Shown here in pieces: positions 26,828 through 33,277 of a stretch of DNA of 33,277 bases. Every line of letters starts with the position of its first letter. Position 1 is the first letter of the stretch. The notes beneath the pieces were generated by a model. That model saw nothing but the letters and a program-made list of their open reading frames with translations, searched no databases and had not been told where the DNA came from. The position numbers were made by a program, and so were the translations under genes. The stretch comes from Bacteroidales bacterium (GTDB lineage Bacteria > Bacteroidota > Bacteroidia > Bacteroidales > UBA7960), in contig JAWOBS010000308.1 in the NCBI GenBank assembly GCA_046484145.1, positions 1 to 33,277 of the forward strand, read 5' to 3'.

Positions 26828-28021
26828 ATGACAATCTTATCAAATAGAATTAATCTTTTAGGTGAATCAGAAACATTAGCAATGGCAAAAAAAAGCCGGG
26901 AGCTAAAAGAAAAAGGATATGATGTGATAAATTTAAGTCTCGGAGAACCGGACTTCAACACTCCTGATCGTATTAAAGAAGCAGCGAAAAAGGCTATTGA
27001 CGACAATTATACTTTTTATACACCGGTAAATGGCTATCTCGAAGCAAGGCAAGCGGTAAGCAAAAAGCTTAAACGTGATAATGGCCTTGATTATTCCGCT
27101 GACCAGATAGTTCTAACAACAGGTGGTAAGCAAGCTATAGCAAATACTGTGTTGTGCCTTGTAAATCCGGGCGAAGAGGTTATTATTCCAAAGCCATATT
27201 GGGTAAGTTATCGCCAGATTGTTAAAATGGCAGAAGCTAGTGAAGTGTATTTAGATTCAGATATTTCAACTGATTTTAAAATTACTCCCGAACAGTTAGA
27301 AAAAGCAATTACGCCTAAAACAAAACTGTTTATGTTCTCCAGCCCATGTAATCCTTCCGGTTCAGCTTATACTAAAGATGAACTTGCTGCCCTTGTTAAG
27401 GTGTTTGAAAAGCATCCTCATGTTTATATTTTATCTGATGAAATTTATGAGTATATAAATTTTGACGGCAAGCATGAAAGTATAGCACAGTTTGATTCTG
27501 TGAAAGATCGTGTTATAATTATAAATGGATTGTCAAAAGGTTATGCAATGACAGGGTGGAGGTTAGGCTACTCTGCTTCTAATCTTGAAATTGCAAAAGC
27601 TTGCACCAAGCTGCAGGGGCAATTTACATCCGCAACATGCAGTATTGCGCAAAGAGCAACTATAGAAGCTATGGAGATGAGTCCGGAGGACGTTAAGCCA
27701 ATGCTCGAAAAATTCAGGGAAAGAAGAGACCTTGTACTTGATTTAATGAAAGATATTCCCGGTATCCAAACAAATAAGCCGCAAGGTGCCTTTTATATTT
27801 TTATGGATATAAAAAATTATCTTGGCAAGTCTGATGGGAAAAATACCATGCATACAGCTGAAGACCTTTGTATGTATTTGCTTAATAATGTTTACGTAGC
27901 ATTAGTTTCGGGCGCTGCTTTCGGCTCACCCGATTGTATCAGGTTTTCTTATGCAACATCTAATGATTTACTGATAGAAGCAGTCAGAAGAATTAAGGAA
28001 GGGCTTGCTAAACTAAAATAA
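26828..28021 (+). CDS. aspC: PLP-dependent class I/II aminotransferase (aspartate aminotransferase-like)
   Basis: GEPDF, PYWVSY, SPCNPSG, SDEIY and NGLSKGYAMTGWRLGY (PLP Lys). Confidence 0.88.
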   Translation: MTILSNRINLLGESETLAMAKKSRELKEKGYDVINLSLGEPDFNTPDRIKEAAKKAIDDNYTFYTPVNGYLEARQAVSKKLKRDNGLDYSADQIVLTTGGKQAIANTVLCLVNPGEEVIIPKPYWVSYRQIVKMAEASEVYLDSDISTDFKITPEQLEKAITPKTKLFMFSSPCNPSGSAYTKDELAALVKVFEKHPHVYILSDEIYEYINFDGKHESIAQFDSVKDRVIIINGLSKGYAMTGWRLGYSASNLEIAKACTKLQGQFTSATCSIAQRATIEAMEMSPEDVKPMLEKFRERRDLVLDLMKDIPGIQTNKPQGAFYIFMDIKNYLGKSDGKNTMHTAEDLCMYLLNNVYVALVSGAAFGSPDCIRFSYATSNDLLIEAVRRIKEGLAKLK

Positions 28022-28066
28022 TATCTTTTTTATAAAACGATTTTCTAAAAACAGGGCATAAAAGCA

Positions 28067-29074
28067 ATGAAGGAAGAAAAGCTAAGGCAGATTTTTGATT
28101 CATTTAATTCTAAAAAGATACTTGTTATTGGCGATGTTATGGTTGATTCATATTTGTGGGGAAATGTGAGCAGAATATCACCCGAAGCACCTGTGCCAAT
28201 AGTTGCTGTTAAAAAGCGAGAGAGCCGCCTCGGTGGCGCAGCTAATGTTGCATTGAATATACAGGCAATGGGTGCAATCCCAATTTTGTGCGGATGTGTT
28301 GGAGATGATGACAAAGCTGAGCTGTTTTATAAACTGATGAGCGAGCAGAAATTGCTTAGTGATGGTATTGTAAGAATTAATGGACGACTGACAACTGTTA
28401 AGTTTCGTGTAATTGGCAACAATATGCACATGCTCAGAGTTGATGAGGAGACAGAAGAAAAGCTTAATGAAAAACATACCCTGGCTCTTTTTAAAAAGAT
28501 TGAAGAATTAATCAACACACATGAGCCGGAAGCAATAATTTTTGAGGATTATGACAAAGGGGTTATAAACAGCGGATTGATAAAAATGATTGTTAGCCTT
28601 GCCAATAAAAGAGATATTCCTGTTTGTGTTGATCCTAAAATAGACAATTTTAAATCGTATTCTAATGTAACATTGTTTAAACCAAATCTTAAAGAGCTTA
28701 AGGAAGGTATGAAGCTTGATGTTGATTTTGATAATGTTGAAAACCTGAAAGACGCCTCTGCAAAGCTGCAGAAGGAACTGAACATAAATGTGCTTCTTAC
28801 AACTTTATCTGAAAAAGGAATTTTTTATTCCGAAAAAAAGGATGGTGGATTTACAAGCAATATAATACCTGCTCATAAACGTAATATTTCTGATGTTTCA
28901 GGTGCCGGAGATACAGTTATCAGCGTTGCAGCCCTGTTTTTGGCCGCAAAACAAGATGTTGATATAATTGCAAAAATGTCAAACCTGGCCGGAGGCTTAG
29001 TCTGTGAACATGTTGGGGTTGTCCCGGTAAACAAAGAAAAGTTGTTTCTTGAAGCTGTTAAACTTTTTTCTTAA
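28067..29074 (+). CDS. D-glycero-D-manno-heptose-7-phosphate kinase (stand-alone RfaE/HldE domain I, PfkB family)
   Basis: GDVMVDSY.WG.VSRISPEAPVP, GGAANVA, DYDKG, VDPK and DVSGAGDTV. No fused adenylyltransferase domain. Confidence 0.9.
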   Translation: MKEEKLRQIFDSFNSKKILVIGDVMVDSYLWGNVSRISPEAPVPIVAVKKRESRLGGAANVALNIQAMGAIPILCGCVGDDDKAELFYKLMSEQKLLSDGIVRINGRLTTVKFRVIGNNMHMLRVDEETEEKLNEKHTLALFKKIEELINTHEPEAIIFEDYDKGVINSGLIKMIVSLANKRDIPVCVDPKIDNFKSYSNVTLFKPNLKELKEGMKLDVDFDNVENLKDASAKLQKELNINVLLTTLSEKGIFYSEKKDGGFTSNIIPAHKRNISDVSGAGDTVISVAALFLAAKQDVDIIAKMSNLAGGLVCEHVGVVPVNKEKLFLEAVKLFS

Positions 29075-29246
29075 TAGCCTGTTTTATTATGTGATTTTTT
29101 TTGTGCTGAGTATTTAATTATCAAATAATAAAGAATGATTATTCTGAAATTATTAATTAAAATGGCGGGCTTTTCTTTAATTGCTTTTTTTGTTAAATGA
29201 TTATTATAAAAACAAATTTTACCTGATTCTAGAGAAATTATTGTAA

Positions 29247-29888
29247 ATGCAAGATAAGTATTTTAATCTGCGAAATGAATATACTTTAGGAAGTTTGAAT
29301 ATTGAAGATCTTTCAAAAGACCCTTTAATTCAATTCAAAAACTGGTTTGAAGATGCATTAAAGTTAAAAGTCACTGAGCCGAATGCAATGACTATATCAA
29401 CAATAGGTGCTGACTGCAAACCTTCTTCACGGACTGTCCTGCTAAAAGGTATTGATGATGATGGTTTTGTCTTTTTTACTAATTATAATAGTCGCAAGGC
29501 AACGCAATTAATGGAGAACCCTAATGCTGCTTTAACATTTCTATGGCCGGAAATTCAAAGGCAGGCTCATGTTGAGGGAGTAGTTGAAAAAATATCAGCG
29601 GAGGAATCTGATATATACTTTAATTCCAGGCCAAAAAACAGCCGCATAGGTGCATGGATATCTCCACAAAGTAGCGTAATTGAATCAAGAAAATTTTTGG
29701 AGGAAAAATTTGAGGAATTCAAGAATACTTATTCTGATAAAGAAATAAAACGCCCACAACACTGGGGAGGCTTCAGGCTAATACCGCAAAGAATTGAATT
29801 TTGGCAGGGCAGGGAAAACAGGCTGCACGATAGAATATTATATGAAAAATCCGGAAATACCTGGAAATTATGCAGATTAGCTCCCTGA
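29247..29888 (+). CDS. pdxH: Pyridoxine/pyridoxamine 5'-phosphate oxidase
   Basis: EPNAM, RTVLLK, FFTNYNSRK, YFNSRP and EFWQGRENRLHDR. Confidence 0.96.
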   Translation: MQDKYFNLRNEYTLGSLNIEDLSKDPLIQFKNWFEDALKLKVTEPNAMTISTIGADCKPSSRTVLLKGIDDDGFVFFTNYNSRKATQLMENPNAALTFLWPEIQRQAHVEGVVEKISAEESDIYFNSRPKNSRIGAWISPQSSVIESRKFLEEKFEEFKNTYSDKEIKRPQHWGGFRLIPQRIEFWQGRENRLHDRILYEKSGNTWKLCRLAP

Positions 29889-29927
29889 TAAAATTCTTAC
29901 AGAGAATTATTCCATTTATAAAACAAT

Positions 29928-30647
29928 ATGACAAAAAATACCTCTAAGAAAGATACTGTTAAGCAAATGTTCGACAACATTGCGCCTGTTTATGATTTTA
30001 TGAATCATTTCCTTTCTTTTGGTATTGATAAATTGTGGCGAAAAAAGCTAAGAAGGCTTGTTGCAAAACAAAATCCGGAAACTATCATTGATATTGCCAC
30101 AGGCACCGGTGACCTGGCAATAGAGCTGTCTAAAACTAATGCTAAAAAGATAACAGGAATTGATATTTCCCGGAAAATGCTTGATATTGCAGAGAAAAAG
30201 GTGCTGAAGAGAAAGCTGGCAAAGCGCATATCTTTAAGAAAAGAAGATGGCGAAAATATTAGTTTTAGTCCCGAAAGCTTTGATGCTGCTTCTGTGGCTT
30301 TTGGTATAAGGAACTTTGAGAATATAGAATTAGGCCTGAATGAAGTTTTTAGAATTTTAAAACCCGGTGGTATGTTCTATATTTTGGAATTTGGAATGCC
30401 AAGAAATTGGTTTGTCAGAGGTGTTTACAAGATTTATTTTGTTAAACTTTTGCCCTTTATTGGAAAAATATTCTCAAAGGATAAAAAAGCATATTCTTAC
30501 CTTCCGAAGTCGGTTGAAAAGTTTATCTATGGTGACGAGTTTGTTGACATTTTGAAAAACGCGGGTTTTGAAAATGTCAGATACAGGAAATTATCTATGG
30601 GCATTACATATCTTTATCATGCAACAAAACCAACATCATCACGTTAA
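29928..30647 (+). CDS. menG: Demethylmenaquinone methyltransferase (MenG/UbiE)
   Basis: MFDNIAPVYDFMNHFLSFGIDKLWR, DIATGTGD, AFGIRN, RILKPGG and AYSYLP. Confidence 0.93.
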   Translation: MTKNTSKKDTVKQMFDNIAPVYDFMNHFLSFGIDKLWRKKLRRLVAKQNPETIIDIATGTGDLAIELSKTNAKKITGIDISRKMLDIAEKKVLKRKLAKRISLRKEDGENISFSPESFDAASVAFGIRNFENIELGLNEVFRILKPGGMFYILEFGMPRNWFVRGVYKIYFVKLLPFIGKIFSKDKKAYSYLPKSVEKFIYGDEFVDILKNAGFENVRYRKLSMGITYLYHATKPTSSR

Positions 30648-30704
30648 AATTAAAGCAATATGATAAAGAAATTATCGTTTACTTTTTTTTAATCATAAAT
30701 AAGA

Positions 30705-31454
30705 ATGAAGAGATTTAAAGGTATATATTTGCTTGGGTTGCTTGCTTTGGTGTTGAATACCAATGGTTTTGGACAAGAGTCCAGTTACGTATATCCCAAC
30801 CTTCTTCACTATGATCATAAACCTTACAATTTTGGGTTTTCACTGGGCTTAAATAAAATGAACTTTTCTTTACAATCCAGTGATGATTTTACTTTGCTGG
30901 ATTATGAACTGCAAGACAGGCATGTATTTGATACTTTATATTCTGTTTTGCCACGGCCGGAGTATGGGTTTAATATTGGTATAATATCTAACCTTAAGCT
31001 TGGAAAGCAATGGGATTTGAGGTTGATTCCAACACTTACTTTTGGCGACCGAAACATTGAATACATTGGAGTACGTAATAATGAAACAGTGCGTAAAAAT
31101 CAGAAGATAGAATCTACCCTTATCGATATTCCACTGCATGTTAAATACAAATCTGTCAGAATGGGAAATGCCAGAGTTTATGTAATTGGAGGCGTGAAAT
31201 ACAGCTATGACCTTGCTTCTGCTGAAGATCAGGAGGATTACGAATATCAGATTTTAGCCAAGATCAAAAAAAATGATTTTTTCTATGAATTAGGTGCCGG
31301 GATGGATTATTATTTCTACTATTTTAAGTTTGCAATAGAGATTAAAGCATCTTTCGGGCTTCGTGAAATGCTTGACAGGGATAATACCATTTTTTCAAAC
31401 TCTATTGAACAGCTTAGGTCTCAGATAGTAATGGTATCTTTCTTATTTGAATAG
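30705..31454 (+). CDS. porT: Type IX secretion outer-membrane beta-barrel PorT/SprT
   Basis: Signal peptide, YDHKPYNFGFSLG, DLRLIPTLTFGDR, IESTLIDIPLHVKY, GMDYYFYYFK and terminal FE. Located downstream of menG as in other Bacteroidota. Confidence 0.85.
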   Translation: MKRFKGIYLLGLLALVLNTNGFGQESSYVYPNLLHYDHKPYNFGFSLGLNKMNFSLQSSDDFTLLDYELQDRHVFDTLYSVLPRPEYGFNIGIISNLKLGKQWDLRLIPTLTFGDRNIEYIGVRNNETVRKNQKIESTLIDIPLHVKYKSVRMGNARVYVIGGVKYSYDLASAEDQEDYEYQILAKIKKNDFFYELGAGMDYYFYYFKFAIEIKASFGLREMLDRDNTIFSNSIEQLRSQIVMVSFLFE

Positions 31455-31558
31455 ATATTTATACTTCCAAAATAAATAATAAATAAACAAGATGGCCACA
31501 TTGAATAAATGTTTCATCCGGCATTATTAATAGATATTCTGAAATTTAATATAATACT

Positions 31559-33121
31559 GTGATAAGAGATATTACCATAAGCCTGACTCCGGCGCAGGCT
31601 GCAGAAACAGCGAAGTTTAAGGCTTATGTAGCTAAAAATTTTAATATTCCGGAAGAGCAGCTATTTGAAATTGATATCCTCAAAAAGTCAGTTGATGCGA
31701 GGCAAAAAAGGATTAAAATAATTTTTCAGCTCAGATTATATATTAGCGAGCAAAAGCCTGCCCAAATACCCTTTCTAGCCAAATATAAAAAACCACGTAA
31801 AGAGAAAAGTGTAATAATTATTGGGGCAGGGCCGGCAGGTTTGTTTGCGGCTTTAAAGTGTATCGAAAACAGTATTAAGCCTGTAATATTAGAAAGAGGG
31901 AAAACTGTAAGCGAAAGGAAGCCGGATATTGCTGCTATAAACAGGCCGTCGTCTGCGCACCTGGTCAATAAAAACTCAAATTATTGCTTTGGCGAAGGAG
32001 GTGCAGGAACCTTCTCTGACGGAAAGCTTTATACCAGAAGTAATAAAAAAGGCGATGTTAAGAATATACTACAGATATTAATTGCTCATGGAGCTGATCC
32101 CGGGATAGCCTACGAGGCACATCCTCATATTGGTTCCGATAAACTTCCTCAAATTATTGCCAATATAAGGGAAACAATTATTAATGCCGGTGGAGAAATT
32201 CACTTCAATACAGAAGTCGTTGATCTTGAGATTGAAAATAATGTGATTAGAAGTGTTGTCACTGCAGAAGGTAAGAATTTCACAGGCAATTCATATATAT
32301 TGGCATGCGGACATTCAGCGCATGACACTTATAAAATGTTGATTGCAAAAGGAATACGTTTTGAGCCAAAAGCTTTTGCTGTTGGTGTCAGGGTTGAGCA
32401 TCCACAAGAGCTGATAAATAAAATACAATACAAAACAGATGCTGACAGCAAATATTTGCCCCCGGCAGCATATAAGCTTGTTACACAGGTAAACGGCAGA
32501 GGAGTTTTTTCCTTTTGCATGTGTCCGGGTGGTATTATTGTGCCTGCTGCAAGCAAGCCCGGCGAGTTGGTGCTCAATGGCATGTCAAACTCAAAAAGAA
32601 ATTCCCCGTATGCAAATGCAGGTATTGTTGTAACGATAAACCCTGCTGAATTGACTGATTATGAAAAGTATGGTGTAATGGCCGGACTGGAATTCCAAAA
32701 AAGCATTGAAAGAAAATGCTTTGAAGCTGCAGGATCGAATAATATGGCACCGGCTCAAAGAATGACAGATTTTTGTCAAAACAAAGTGTCAGAAAAGTTA
32801 AATAAAACCTCATATAATCCGGGAGTTATCAGCTTGCCAATTCACGAAATTTTGCCCGGTATTATTGTTAGTTCACTGCAAAAAGCATTTATTGAATTTG
32901 GTAAAAAGATGAAAGGATTTTATACCGAAGAAGCTATGATATTAGCACCGGAATCCCGGACTTCCTCACCGATTAGAATACCAAGGCAGCCCGAAAAATT
33001 TTCTTGTACGGATATAAATAATTTGTATCCCTGTGGTGAAGGAGCAGGTTATGCAGGAGGTATAACATCCTCCGCTATTGATGGAGAAAATTGCGCAAAT
33101 GCTGTTGTTGAAGATTTGTAG
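31559..33121 (+). CDS. Uncharacterised NAD(P)/FAD-dependent oxidoreductase
   Basis: GAGPAG Rossmann motif, GEGGAGTFSDGKL, HPHIGSD, FCMCPGG and GEGAGYAGGI.SSA.DG. GTG start. Confidence 0.9.
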   Translation: MIRDITISLTPAQAAETAKFKAYVAKNFNIPEEQLFEIDILKKSVDARQKRIKIIFQLRLYISEQKPAQIPFLAKYKKPRKEKSVIIIGAGPAGLFAALKCIENSIKPVILERGKTVSERKPDIAAINRPSSAHLVNKNSNYCFGEGGAGTFSDGKLYTRSNKKGDVKNILQILIAHGADPGIAYEAHPHIGSDKLPQIIANIRETIINAGGEIHFNTEVVDLEIENNVIRSVVTAEGKNFTGNSYILACGHSAHDTYKMLIAKGIRFEPKAFAVGVRVEHPQELINKIQYKTDADSKYLPPAAYKLVTQVNGRGVFSFCMCPGGIIVPAASKPGELVLNGMSNSKRNSPYANAGIVVTINPAELTDYEKYGVMAGLEFQKSIERKCFEAAGSNNMAPAQRMTDFCQNKVSEKLNKTSYNPGVISLPIHEILPGIIVSSLQKAFIEFGKKMKGFYTEEAMILAPESRTSSPIRIPRQPEKFSCTDINNLYPCGEGAGYAGGITSSAIDGENCANAVVEDL

Positions 33122-33242
33122 GTAGAGACGTGCCTCTCCGGCACGTCTCAAAATGATAGAACTGGAAGCTTCCGATAGGAACTTCCAGCTTCGGGTTTGC
33201 GTTTTCCAACAACAAAACGGACAAGTCGAGCCATGTCTCTAC
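33122..33242. repeat. GTAG-type REP/REPIN-like composite palindrome
   Basis: GTAG leads into a perfect 10-bp stem GAGACGTGCC/GGCACGTCTC (33125-33149). An inner hairpin CTGGAAG-C-TTCC-GATA-GGAA-CTTCCAG lies at about 33162-33188. An inverted degenerate copy ends GTCTCTAC at 33235-33242. Confidence 0.7.
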
Positions 33243-33277
33243 ATTTAGACCGTTATAGAACATTGAGGCCGGTCAAG

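Noticed and set aside
33075-33263. 62-aa minus-strand ORF
   Set aside because: It runs through the REP-like palindromes and overlaps the oxidoreductase end, with no recognisable protein features.

Overview
AT-rich chromosomal window from a Bacteroidota bacterium, probably Bacteroidia/Marinilabiliales-like. The assignment rests on porT, TAnnTTTG -7 promoter boxes, signal peptides followed by Gln, and menG-porT synteny. From left to right: (1) The 3' part of the Na+-translocating NADH:quinone oxidoreductase operon (nqrB partial, nqrCDEF), a CDF metal transporter and the flavin transferase apbE. Converging on these are a small Cys-rich NqrM-like membrane protein and two tandem bacteriohemerythrins. 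(2) A 15-kb divergent block of six exported or membrane signalling proteins: a TPR-TM-PP2C(SpoIIE) phosphatase, a 753-aa unknown, a PD40/OmpA protein, a signal-peptide TPR-CHAT caspase-like protease with intact His-Cys dyad, a 267-aa exported unknown, and a beta-propeller/Y_Y_Y-TM-PP2C phosphatase. This block is the best candidate for an undescribed system (periplasmic protease-coupled signalling). (3) Housekeeping genes: a TrmH-family methylase, rpsF-rpsR-rplI, EamA, a ThiS-like carrier, an aminotransferase, a heptose-7-P kinase, pdxH, menG/ubiE, porT and an FAD oxidoreductase. Signals outside the ORF track include an apparent decayed T9SS C-terminal-domain fragment at 26467-26664, identical strong SD-like motifs before rpsR and rplI, and a GTAG-REP/REPIN-like nested palindrome at the right end. 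No rRNA, tRNA, CRISPR array or transposase was seen. All family calls come from motif recognition by eye, not from database searches.
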